A DNA stretch of 64,000 nt from Eledone cirrhosa (taxonomy: Eukaryota), in NCBI GenBank assembly GCA_964016885.1, contig OZ024744.1, positions 54,870,001 to 54,934,000 of the forward strand, given 5' to 3'. Within the stretch, counting starts at the first letter, position 1. Each line of letters begins with the position of its first letter. A model generated the notes under the pieces. It saw only the letters and a list, made by a program, of their open reading frames with translations, was not told where the DNA came from and searched no databases. Of the stretch, positions 50,347-62,388 are shown piece after piece. The position numbers and the translations under genes are program-made.

Positions 50347-50884
50347 TGGCTGCCCCCGCGTTATCGAGTATGGCCATTGCATGATATAACATTATTAACA
50401 GTTATCAATTAATTGTTTCTACTTTAGGCACAAGGCCAGCAATTACCCAGTGCATTACTGGTACTTTATTTTATCGACCCCGTAAGGATGAAAGGCAAAG
50501 TCAACCTCGGCGGGATTTGAACTCAGATCGTAAAGGGACGTAACTATGCTGGAAAGCATGGCGTCCGACCCTCTACCGATACTGCCAATCCAACGCACAG
50601 TTATCAATTAATGCTATCGTGCAATGCCTGTGCGTGAAGATTTTTTTTAAAACTGAGGAAAGACTGTGCACTGAGCCAATCCCACTCTCTGAGCGACAGT
50701 AGCTATAACCCGAAAAGAAGAACATCATCGCTAACTATTAAGTCGCAAGTTTTATGTCGGAGTTATCCCAGTTTCCTGAGTTGCCTTCTCCTAGAAGAAT
50801 GCCCTGACAAAGGCTAGGGGTCCTTCACTCCCAGTGGTTTAACCGCGCGATCGGGTATCCAGCCGCACATGTATATACATATCT

Positions 50885-50939
<55 letters not shown>

Positions 50940-51165
50940 AATACACACATGTATATATACATATTTACACATTTTGGATGACCGTTGACTCTTCCGAGTT
51001 CTTCTGACCTTTGTCAGGTTTTATTTTTTGTCCTGCAGGGTGTCCAAAATCACGCTCCTCACCAAGTAAACTTGGTGGGGTTGTCAGTTTAGTCGCCGAC
51101 GACCCGACCATGTGACAGGTTGTACTGGGTTACATGTTACCAGTAGCACTCAAGAGTGACCCGAC
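50347..51165 (-). mobile_element. Full RTE-derived non-autonomous element interrupted by a SINE and a microsatellite
   Basis: Reverse complement matches 3795-3985 and 5550-5932. Confidence 0.75.
50414..50596 (-). mobile_element. Full-length SINE with 16-bp TSD
   Basis: TSD ACAGTTATCAATTAAT at 50398-50413 and 50597-50612. Confidence 0.92.
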
Positions 51166-51309
51166 ATATACATACATATATACATACATGCATGCATGTA
51201 TAAATATATACATATATACATACACATACATATATACATATATACATACATACACATACATACAAACATACATATATACATACATACGTGCACACATACA
51301 TACAAACAA

Positions 51310-53900
51310 AAGAACCATCGCTTTCTCACTACAACAAAAACATAAAATAAGTGAGGGTACCCTTGAGACTGTGATAGGAAAAATCCAAGATAAGAAAACA
51401 CCAGGAAGAGACATGATTGTCACCAACTGGTACAAAAAAACTGATATTCTATCGGAGGTATCTTACTGACCTCTACCAACAAGTTCTTAAGGGAGATATA
51501 CATATACCAGAATGGTTGACATTAGCACAAACATTACTGGTCCCAAGAACAAAGACACCCACCCGGCAAAAAACTACCGACCCATTGCATGCCAGAACCT
51601 GATGTATAAGATGTATACAGCCTGCCTGAACATATTCCTCCAAGATCACTGTGAAAATATTAACATCATCACAGATGAACAAGCAGCTGGAAAGACAGGG
51701 GTTTGGGGATGTGCTGAACAACTAATCAACAAAATTGCGATGTCGGAGGTGCGACGACTTAGGAGGAATATGGCTACAGTCTGGCTGGACTACAGGAAAG
51801 CTTTCGATTCTGTTCCCCACTCTTTGATGATAGAGGCCCTCCAACTTGCTAAAGTCCCAGACATTATTATCAGAGCAATAGAGCGGCTGTCTTCTTCTTG
51901 GGCTACTATCCTAAGGTTAAAAACAGAGAAGGAGGCTCTATTTTTACTGATAAAATAGAATATCACAGGGGTACATTTCAAGGAGACAGTCTCTCTGTGA
52001 TATTATTTATCCTGTCATTAAACCCCTTGTCCTTTCTGCTCAAGAAATGTGAAGGATACATCATTGACTCACAGGAGGACAGAAATACGAACTTAACCCA
52101 TAATTTCTTCGTGGATGATCTGAAACTCTATGCCAAGAACATGGATGGGATGAAGAAAAATCTTAACCTGGTCACATTCTCAAAGGATATAGGAATGGAG
52201 TTTGGCCAAGATAAATGTTCATATATGACTGTAAAGCGGGGAAAAACTACAACCCAATCTAGCAACATTGTCATCAATGGCCTAACTGTTTCACCGATAT
52301 GATGAGGACTGCTACAGATACCTGGGGATAGATGAGAACATATCCTATAATGGTATATGTAATAGGGAACGTGTAACCAGGGAATATTACACCCGATTAA
52401 GAAAAATATGGTCATCGGAACTCTCTGCGCACAATAAAACAGTGGCTTACAATGTGTTTGCTGTGCCTGTCCTAACACCAACGTTTGGAATATTCAATTG
52501 GACGATAGACGAAATCCGAGCAATTGATGTTAGGACTAAAAAAATACTGAACAACACTGGAAACTTCCACATCGACAGTGACATAGACCGCCTCTACTTG
52601 AAACGTAAACAGGGAAGCAGGGGCCTAACATCATTCTAGACAGCATTTGAATGTCGCATCATATCCTTCCGACAACATTTACGAACCTCGAAGCGTAGGA
52701 GTCCATTTATTAAGCAACTCTATCTGCATGAGACAGATAAGATCATGAGAGTTGGGAAGGAACTCCTTAAAAGATATTACCTGACACCTAGGGAAGCTGC
52801 TCAGCAGTACCGCAGTGAATCCATGGATGAAAAACTGAATGCTTATCAGCAAAAGAATCATGCATGAATATGTTGCCAGGAAGCTCCAGCGTGAGAGTAA
52901 TATAGATAAACATAGTAGTCTATCTTGGACCAACAACCGCTATATTGGCTCCCACTTTGAAGGATACGCTTTTGCAATCCAAGAACAGGAAATCAACACG
53001 AAATACCTGATTCACAAAAGAGATAGGGATAAGGGCAAAACACCTAGATGTTACGACAAGTGCAGACTGCAGAATTAACATCGAAGAATACACCCATGTC
53101 ATAAGCATCTGTCCAAAGATGTCATAGCGGTACTATCTACCTATGAGGCATGATGTAGTGGCTAAAACACTGTACAATGCAATCCGTAGAAAAGATAGCC
53201 CCGATAATAAACACATTAAATGCTACAGCAATGTGGAAGACATACATAAACATAATATGAAAGAGTATTGGTGGAATGTTCCAGTAAAAACCTCAATAAA
53301 ATGCAGGCATAACAGACCAGATATAATGACATGGGACAGGGAAAAGAAGGCATGCACAGTAGTGGAAGTTAGCTGTCCAGCAGATGCCAATATAATGTTA
53401 AAAATTAGCGAAAAGGAGAATATCTATGCAGAACTAATGAGAAATCTGCAGATACTCCACTCTAACTAAACCTTCAGATTTATGCCTGTGATTATTGGAG
53501 CACTGGGATATGTTAGTAACTGCCTCAATACAAATCTTGAGAAGCTGGGCTTCACAGGAACAGAAAGAACACAACTAGTTAGGAAATTACAAGTACAATC
53601 CATTAATGGAACAGTAAAAATATGTAAAACATTTCAAAAATGTGTAAAACATTCCAAAAATTTTGCGTCTAATAACTACATATACACATGTACAGATGCA
53701 AAGCATATACACATGCACATGTACAACTCAAAACATCCACCTTCCACACATACAATAACACACATACATATCTACACATGCAGACATATATACATATCCA
53801 CCTAGTTGATGTGTAAATTCCAATGAAAGAGTCTTGTGTCTATGTTAGAAACCGACTCTCTCAATATTAGCAAAAATTTGTGAAATTATAAAACCAGAAG
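51310..53900 (+). mobile_element. Decayed 5'-truncated third R4/Dong-like LINE
   Basis: NYRPIAC, WLDYRKAFDSVPH, FQGDSLS, FFVDD, RHD, HNRPDI..EVSCP; many frameshifts. Confidence 0.88.
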
Positions 53901-53949
53901 TACATACATACATGATGATGATCATCATCATCATCATCATCATCCTCAT

Positions 53950-54215
53950 CATGGCGGCTGCAACTCGACTTCGAGTAATGCCATCACTTGATACTTAAGC
54001 ATGAGTACCACGGACGTGGCTTTTTAGTTCTATAAGGGACTCGCCTATGGCCAGCAAGGCCATACATCGCAAAAAATGTCACATATCAAGCGATGCCTGT
54101 GTTTGAAGTTTTTTTTTTGCACGGGGCCAATCCCACTCTCTGAATATAAAATGCATTTACCCCAAAAGTAGGACTGGTCTACATCATTGCATGCAAATGA
54201 AGTCGCAGGGTTCCA
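53950..54215 (-). mobile_element. Fragment of the RTE-derived non-autonomous family
   Basis: gccaatcccactctctga block and (CAT)n tail. Confidence 0.55.
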
Positions 54216-54511
54216 CAAAAAAATACATACATACATACATGTTTATAAAGTATAAAGGTCACATGACAACTACCTTATGCTAATTCTGACTAGTATAGTA
54301 CTCATAAAAAATGATGGAGTTTATAGTGAAAAAATATTTAATTCCATAATTTCTTGATTACAGCATTCTATATAAATATACTTACTGTTGTTCTTGTTAA
54401 AAAAATAGATACAAGTAAAATCCCGTTATAACGAATACCATTATAACAAATCTTTCAACACAACGAAACTTTTTTTGTTATACACACACATACACACATG
54501 CACGCACGCAC

Positions 54512-54660
<149 letters not shown>

Positions 54661-54679
54661 GATAGATAGATATGTTTCT

Positions 54680-54711
<32 letters not shown>

Positions 54712-54758
54712 AAGATAGGTCGATAGGTAGGTAGGTAGGTAGGTAGGTAGGTAGGTAG

Positions 54759-57700
54759 ATTTCTTTATTTACCACAGAGGCGTACAAAAATGGGACATTA
54801 CAAGACGAGACGGCGGGGGTTTTACATAAAATCTTTAACAATAATAATGAATAACAATAAAATATATACAAAATAAAACAATCGAAATCCCCAATAGGGA
54901 GGGAATATTACTGCGGGGTTGTTTTACACCCCGTGGATAGAACAACACTCAACACCAGGAACACATTTTGTAGGTGTTCCCGTCTTCCCTCTGTTTGTCT
55001 TCCTCAACATACAGGTTTATATACAGAGAAGGCCCATTCACTCGGGCCATTTTCGCCACATTCACCCACCTTTCAGCAAATTTACTGGGGTGTAGCACCT
55101 TTCTCTCTACTCTCACCTTCCTCCTGAAGTGGTATTTAAAGAAGGAGATGAGTTGTTGTCCGGAGAGACAGGTGTTTGCCCTCAGTCCTTTTAACCTCGT
55201 CCACCATATTACCTCTTTCGCCATAGCCACAAGACAGAGGAAAATCGGGGTGATCCTCACGATGGACTCGGCTGACAACAGGATGCGTCCCACACGTGAC
55301 AGTAGCTGTTCGACATTATTCCACAGGTCGGACACCCCTGGGCACTGAACAATTGCGTGCAGAACGGTTTCGATGTCCTGCTCGCATCTTGGACAGGTCC
55401 TCTTGGCAGGATCTCTGCCAGGGCGTCCGTGCCTGTAGATTTTGTCTCGAACTGGTAGAGCTCCTCGGTAGCACTGCCAGGCCAGAGACGTCTGGAAGTT
55501 ATCCATAGGCCCTGGGCGGAAAGTCCTCCGAACAGACTGGTCAGTTCGTCCTCCTCGATGCCTAGAGTTTCCCCAAGAACGTCGTCACACTTATATTCAT
55601 CTAATCCCCTATAGAATGTCGAAGTGGAGTCTCCGCTGATTGCCATTTCCGCTTGGTAGAGGGCTGTGAGCGCTTGAAGGCACTCGAGGTGCCAGGCACC
55701 CATTTTCGGTCTTCGCTTGACCCAGGACTGCAGCTCTGTTAGCGAGACGAGTTGTGGAAGAGCTCGTCTCACAAACGACAGCCACACCGGTTCGCCGGTC
55801 AGGAATACCTGGAGATGGCGTAGCCTCAGCGCGTGTTTGCGCATCATCAGCCACGGCATGCCCAGCCCTCCGTTAGAAGGGTGTTGGCAGCAGATGGAAC
55901 TCATCACAAATGAAGCCTGTTTCTTCCAGAGGAACTTGAAGAGTAGGCGTTCCATTTTAGTGAGTTGTTCGCGGGGACAAAGCACGACTGTCAAGCAGTA
56001 GTAGATGACGGACGCTATGTAAGTGTTCGCCACCTCCGCTCGACTTTCAAGGAGAGTTTTCACTCAACCCACTTCTGGCTGAGTGCAAACACCTTCGCCG
56101 TGACCTCGTTCCAGTCCTTGTCCACCTGGAGGTCTGGTCTGGACCAAACCAGACCCCGAGCAATTTCACCGGTCCTTCCATCCAGTGTCCAATGACGCTG
56201 TTAGAAGACATGGGTTTGCCTCTCCATGTGCCGAGTTTCAAACCGACAGACTTGTTTGGGTTTAGTCTTGCTCCTGTCAACGTTTCATATTCCTGTAATA
56301 GGATCCGATTACCCCGATTTCCGAGATTTTCGACACCAATACGGTTACGTCGTCGGCATAGGCCGACGCTGCTTCCCGCAGTCCTAGTTCGATCGGGATA
56401 CCCTGCAGCAACTCCAACTTCCGCAGTAACGGCTCAAGAGTCAGTACATACAGAATGGAGGAGAGAGGGCATCCCTAACGGATCAAACGCATGATTTGGA
56501 ATGGCTCCCATAGGTAACCATTCACCTTGACTGCCGAGCAGATGCTGGTGTGCATGGCAGCGATCCAGCCTCTGAAGACTGGACCAAGCCGACCGCCTTG
56601 AGAACCGCTTCCAAGTATTGATGGTCGATCCTATATCAAATGCCTTAGACTGATCTAAATTGATCAGAGCCCCATCGAAGCCAGATTTACACCCTACCCT
56701 CTCTATGATGTATCGCATAAGGTGGAGGTTGGCGTGTATGGACCTGGTCGGGATTGCACACGTTTGCGCTTCCCCTACCAAGTTCTCGACGACAAGCGCC
56801 AGCCTCGTTGCTAACACCTTAGCCAAAATCTTTAGCTCTGTGTTGAACAGAGTTATGGGCCTGAAATTGCTTATTTCATCCCCTTTGTTCTCATCTTTCC
56901 TGATCAGCGTTACTACGCCTCTGCCTACAGAACTGGGAATTCTCCCGTTCTACTGTCAGTTGCAGTAGACCGCTTCGAGGACGCCAGAGGACAAGTCTGG
57001 GGTGCCTATGTAAAACTCATAGGGTAGACCATCTAAACTGGGTGATTTGCATTTCCCACAGCGGCCTAGGGCATCTTCTATTTCGCCCACTGTGATCGGC
57101 CTTTCGCAGCTCTCTGCATCCCTGCTCGAGAGTCGTGGTAGGCCGTCGAGGTAGGAACTGAAGTCCATCACCTCGTTCGACGTACCACTTTGCCCGAACA
57201 GTTGTATAAAATGCTGCTGGAAGGCCGTGCACATGTGCTTGGATTCAAGTAGAATGCATTCCTCGTTTCTTAGAGCACGTGTTCTACTTCTGACAATACA
57301 ACCTTCGTGTTTCACGTTGAAGAACTGGTCTAGTGCGGTTCTCGCCGTTAGCGCGTCAGCTGTACTGCCATTCCTAAGTGCCTCTTCTACTTTAGCTATC
57401 AGTTCCTTTTCAGTGTTGTTCTTTTCTAAAGCTACTTCCTTGCTAAATGCTATCGATTCTGCTGTAATTGCTCTCGAGAGAGAGCTCCACCACCTGTTGT
57501 TGACGATGGCCCCCGTCAACTGGCTCTTAACTAAGGCGCTAATCCGTTTACTGTAGGCCTTACGCGCCGGGAGCGACATGTTTAGCTTCCAGTATCCGAG
57601 TCCCTGTCTATGTGTTCTATCAAGGTTGACTATGCAGGTGACTAATTTATGGTCTGAATAGGCAACCATGTGCATTTGTGAACAGCTTAATGTTTCCTTA

Positions 57701-58394
57701 TCATTCTGTCTAATTAGAAATCTATCTAAATACGATCTAGAAGACCCAGTGCGGTTGCTCCGGGTCCACAGTGGTGCACTTGGGAAATCTAGTCGATATC
57801 TATCAGCCAGTTGGAATTGGTTGATGAGATTTTTTAGGCTATTACACACCCTCTATTATCACAAGCTGCTACATAGTCCCATCGTGCGTCTAAGATGCTA
57901 TTCCAGTCCCCCGCAAACACTAAAGTACGAGACGTTCCCAGGAATGGCTCTAGACGCTTGAAGAACTCTGGTCGCGATGTCCCAGTCCGGGCATATACGG
58001 CCACTAGTCAGATAGCTCCACCTTCACTACCATTTACGTCCAGGACCACCAAGTTGCCCTCCGGGTCTAAGTGAATCGTCTGTACTTTGAGATCCAGGTT
58101 TTTTAGATACCGAACAGCAACTTCCCCTCCACCTCCTGGCTGACAGAGAGATGCGTAGATCTCAAAATCATCGAACATGGGGGTTAGCTGCTGCTTGTCG
58201 TGAATCCTGGACTCGGTGATGGCTATCACATATATACAGTGTGACCTGAGATCATTTAAAAAGTGGCCCTGTTTCCAGGACATCACCAAGCCACACTCAT
58301 TCAAACAACCAACTTGTATAGTCGCCATGTTGGTAAAGAAGATTTAGAGGGAGAAAAGGCAGGAACACTTACCTTTTAGTTTCCTGGGGGTCGG

Positions 58395-58395
<1 letters not shown>
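54759..58395 (-). mobile_element. Decayed Tx1 LINE (disrupted ORF2 from 58328; truncated just upstream of the ORF1 stop), flanked by (GATA)n
   Basis: ORF pieces MATIQVGCLN, SSRSYLDRF, LDQSKAFD, CPRC..ETVLHAIVQC. Confidence 0.9.
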
Positions 58396-58457
<62 letters not shown>

Positions 58458-58471
58458 TGATAGATAGATAG

Positions 58472-58580
58472 ATTTCTTTATTAGCCACAGGGGCACAAAA
58501 GAAGGGGAAAAATACAAAGGGGGAAGTTTTACATACAATAAAAACGTGTAAAATGTTATCACAAATGGAATTTAAAAAGT
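58472..58580 (-). mobile_element. About 110-bp Tx1 3' terminus between (GATA)n tracts
   Basis: Ends gtggctaataaagaaatc like the other Tx1 3' ends. Confidence 0.7.
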
Positions 58581-58587
58581 TAGATAT

Positions 58588-58662
<75 letters not shown>

Positions 58663-58926
58663 TGTTTCTTTTATTTGCCACTAGGGCATCAAAAGTGGGA
58701 CAAGTACAAAGGGGGGAGTTTACACAAAAAGGCGTCCTCAATAAGGAGGAGGCAATAACAAAATATAAAAATAAAATAAGATATAACAAAAAATAAAATT
58801 TTTAACAAAATCCTCAATAGAGAGGAGGCGCCTTGGGGGGTCGCACACACCCCCGAAAAAAGTGTGCAACCCTTCTCCTCAGGAGCACAGAGAAGGGGTG
58901 CTCCCTTGGTCTTTCATCTTCCTCAC

Positions 58927-61900
58927 CTATAGTCTGATGTAGAGTGAAGGCCCATTCACACGGGCAATTCTCGCCACTTTCACCCATCTTTCATAGAAAC
59001 GGCTGGGGTGCAGCACCTCTCTCTCCATCCTGATCCTTCTTCCGAAATGATATCGGAAGAAACGGACCAGTTGTTGGCCAGAGAGAAAGGTGCCTGACCT
59101 CAGTCCTTTCAGACGCGTCCACCATACAACCTCTTTCGCCATGGCTATTACGCACAGAAACACCGCCTCTGCTTCATCTTTGAAGGGGGGAGGCGGCTTG
59201 ATCATTACAATAGACTCGGTGGTCAACCGGATCGGTCCCACCCTTGACAGCAGTTGTTCGACATAGCCCCACAGATCGGCTACGCCCGAGCAGTGTACCA
59301 ATGCGTGTGCAACGGTTTCCTCGTCGCACACGCATCTGGGACAGATCTTTTTGGCGGGGTCCCTACCCGGGCGCCCGTGTCTGTAGAGCCTTTCTCGAAC
59401 GGGTAAAGCCCCTCGGTAGCACTGCCAGGCCAGGGACTTCTGGAAGTTGTCCATAGGTCCCGGGCTGAATGTCCTACCGAACAGGCTGGCCAGTTCGTCC
59501 TCCTCCATGTCTAGGGCTTCTCCGAGGGCGTCGTCGCACCTGCTGCGTACCAGCCCTCTATAGAATGTTGCGGTGGAGTCTCCACTGATAACCGGATCCG
59601 CCTGCCAGAGGGCGGTGAGCGCCTGGGCACACTCAGTGTGCCAGGCGCCCAGTTTTCTCGGTCTTTGCTTGACCCAGGATTGCAGCTCGGTGAGTGAGAC
59701 GAGTCTGGGAAAGGTTCGTCTCACAAACGAGGCCCACACCGGTTGTCCGGTGAGGAATACGTAGAGGTGCCGTAGCCTTAATGCGTGTTTACGCATCATT
59801 AGCCACGGCATCCCCAGCCCTCCTTTCGAAGGGTGTTGACAGCAGATGGATCTCCTCACCATAGGAGCCCGCCTCTTCCAAAGGAATTGGAAGAGCGCGC
59901 GCTCCATCTTGGTGAGGGTTTCCCTTGGGCAGGGCACTACGGTCAGGCGGTAGTAGATGACGGACGCTATGTAGGTGTTCGCCACCTCCGCCCGACCTTT
60001 CAGGGATAGTTTGCAACTGGCCCACTTCTGGGTCAGTGCAAACACCCTGTTCGTAACCTCCGCCCAGTTTTTCTCCACCTGGAGGTCCGGTCCGAACCAG
60101 ACCCCGAGCAACTTCACCGGGCCCTCCGTCCAGCGTCCGACGACGCCATCGGAGGGCATCGGTCTGCCCCTCCACGTGCCGAGTTGCAAACCGATCGACT
60201 TGTCCCGGTTCAGCTTAGCCCCTGTGAACTTTTCGTACTCCTCCAGTAAGGTGCCGACCGCCTCGATTTCGGAGGCCGTCGACACCATTACTGTCACGTC
60301 ATCGGCGTAGGCCGACACCGCTTTCCGCAATCCCGGTTCCAAAGGGATGCCCTGCAACAACTCCAACTTCCGCAGTAGTGGCTCTAGAGTCAACACATAC
60401 AGAAGGGAGGAGAGAGGGCACCCTTGTCGGATGGACCGCACGATTTTGAACGGCTCCGAGAGGTAGCCGTTCACCTTGACCCTAGAGCAGATGCGGCTGC
60501 TGTGCATAGCAGTGATCCAGCCCCTGAAAACGGGTCCGAAGCCTGCCGCCGCTAGCACCGCATCCAGGTAACCATGGTCGACCCTATCGAACGCCTTAGA
60601 TTGATCCAAGTTGATCAGAGCCCCACCAAAGCCGGGTTCGTTCCCAACCCTCTCTATGATGTATCGCATGAGGTGGAGGTTGTCATGGATGGACCTGGAC
60701 GGGATAGCGCATGTCTGCGCATCTCCCACCAGGTTTCCCACGACAAGCGCCAACCTCTTTGCTAGCACGTTGGCCAAAATCTGTAACTCTGTATTTAGCA
60801 GTGTTATGGGCCTGAAGTTACTTATTTCGCCCCCCTTGTTCTCGTCCTTCCTCACTAGCGTGACTACGCCCTTGGTCACAGTACAGGGAATTCTCCCGTT
60901 CTGTTGCCAGTTGCAGTAGACCACCTCGAGGAGATCGGGGAACAAGTCCGGCATAGCTAGATATAATTCGTAAGGAAGACCATCGAGACCCGGGGATTTG
61001 CGTTTGCCGCATTGGCTCAGCACGTCCTCTATCTCAGCGGCCGAAATCGGCTCCTCGCAGGACTTCGCCTCCCTGTCCGAGAGGCGCGGCAGGCCGTCGA
61101 GGTATGGACCGAAGTCCACGTTCCCAACCGGCTCCCCGCCCCTCCCGAACAGTCGGGCAAAGTGCCTTTGAAAGGCCTCACACATCTGCTTAGGCTCAAG
61201 AATCGCTCGTCCATCCAGGTCTCGCAAAGACCGGATGGTTGATTTAGTTCCACTGTTGGCCTCTGTCACGCGGGCCCAGCTAACAGCTTTGGTCCCCTCG
61301 TTCCCTAGAGCACGTATTTTACTTCGGACAACGCAGCCTTCGTGCTTCGCGTCGAAAAACTGGCTCAAAGCCGTTCTCGACGCTAGCACTCTGGCCACGT
61401 CGCCGCTTCTAATTGCCTCTTCTACTCTATCTATTAGCTCCCTTTCCTTCCTATTCCTATCCGCAGCTAGAACCTTACTAAATTCTATCGAGACTACTCT
61501 AATCTCTCTCTTTAGAGATACCCACCACCTGCTGTTGACGATCGCTCCAGTCAACCGTTCCTTAACTAACGTACTAATCCGATTCCTGTAGGCTCTACTT
61601 GCCGGCAAGGACAAGTTGAGCTTCCAGTAACCGGGGCCCTGTCTATGAGTTCTGTCAAGGTTGACCATGCAGGTCACTAATTTGTGGTCTGAATAGCCAA
61701 CCATGCGCATTTTTGGACAACTTAAAAAGTCCTTATCCTTAATTCTAACTAAGAACCTATCTAGGTACGACCTAGATGATCCGCTACGATTTGCCCAAGT
61801 CCAGGTTGGCGCAGTCGGAAAATCTAGTCGATATCTATCGGCCAGGTCAAATCGACCGATTAACCCTTTGAGGCTATTACACCCCTCTCTATCGGGGCAG

Positions 61901-62364
61901 GCCCCTACGTAGTCCCAGCGTGCATCTAGGATACCATTCCAGTCCCCCACTAATAGCAAGGAGCGGGACGTCCCTAGAAAAGTCTCCAGACGATGGAAGA
62001 AGTCCGGCCGCATTGACCCGAAAGGGCCGTAGGCGGCTACCAACCTAAACGCTCCGCCTTTACCACTGCCAAGGTCCAGAACCACTAGTCGACCCTCCGG
62101 GTCCAAATGTACCATCTGTGTTGCGAGACCCAGATGTTTTTGCAGCAGAACGACAACTCCACCCCCGCCTCCGGGCTGACAGAGAGATGCGTGCATCTCA
62201 AAGTCATCAAAGGTGGGGGCCAGCTGTCGCACGTTGCTGATCCGGGCCTCGCAAATAACCATCACATCTATACGTTGTGACCTGAGGTCATTTAGAAGCA
62301 TTGCTTGCTTCCAAGTTGAGCCCAGGCCACGCGCATTTAAACAGCCTACTCTTAGCATAGCCAT
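58927..62364 (-). CDS. Tx1 ORF2: APE endonuclease + reverse transcriptase + CCHC zinc motif
   Basis: GCLNARGL, GDWN, SRSYLDRF, SDH, YWKLN, SPGLDGL, NFRPITLLN, LDQSKAFDRVDH, IRQGCPLS, AYADD, CPRC..ETVAHALVHC; ATG at 62364 chosen by alignment with the other copies. Confidence 0.95.
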   Translation of the reverse strand: MAMLRVGCLNARGLGSTWKQAMLLNDLRSQRIDVMVICEARISNVRQLAPTFDDFEMHASLCQPGGGGGVVVLLQKHLGLATQMVHLDPEGRLVVLDLGSGKGGAFRLVAAYGPFGSMRPDFFHRLETFLGTSRSLLLVGDWNGILDARWDYVGACPDREGCNSLKGLIGRFDLADRYRLDFPTAPTWTWANRSGSSRSYLDRFLVRIKDKDFLSCPKMRMVGYSDHKLVTCMVNLDRTHRQGPGYWKLNLSLPASRAYRNRISTLVKERLTGAIVNSRWWVSLKREIRVVSIEFSKVLAADRNRKERELIDRVEEAIRSGDVARVLASRTALSQFFDAKHEGCVVRSKIRALGNEGTKAVSWARVTEANSGTKSTIRSLRDLDGRAILEPKQMCEAFQRHFARLFGRGGEPVGNVDFGPYLDGLPRLSDREAKSCEEPISAAEIEDVLSQCGKRKSPGLDGLPYELYLAMPDLFPDLLEVVYCNWQQNGRIPCTVTKGVVTLVRKDENKGGEISNFRPITLLNTELQILANVLAKRLALVVGNLVGDAQTCAIPSRSIHDNLHLMRYIIERVGNEPGFGGALINLDQSKAFDRVDHGYLDAVLAAAGFGPVFRGWITAMHSSRICSRVKVNGYLSEPFKIVRSIRQGCPLSSLLYVLTLEPLLRKLELLQGIPLEPGLRKAVSAYADDVTVMVSTASEIEAVGTLLEEYEKFTGAKLNRDKSIGLQLGTWRGRPMPSDGVVGRWTEGPVKLLGVWFGPDLQVEKNWAEVTNRVFALTQKWASCKLSLKGRAEVANTYIASVIYYRLTVVPCPRETLTKMERALFQFLWKRRAPMVRRSICCQHPSKGGLGMPWLMMRKHALRLRHLYVFLTGQPVWASFVRRTFPRLVSLTELQSWVKQRPRKLGAWHTECAQALTALWQADPVISGDSTATFYRGLVRSRCDDALGEALDMEEDELASLFGRTFSPGPMDNFQKSLAWQCYRGALPVRERLYRHGRPGRDPAKKICPRCVCDEETVAHALVHCSGVADLWGYVEQLLSRVGPIRLTTESIVMIKPPPPFKDEAEAVFLCVIAMAKEVVWWTRLKGLRSGTFLSGQQLVRFFRYHFGRRIRMEREVLHPSRFYERWVKVARIARVNGPSLYIRL

Positions 62365-62388
62365 GTTGGTAGTGAAGAGAAAAGGCAC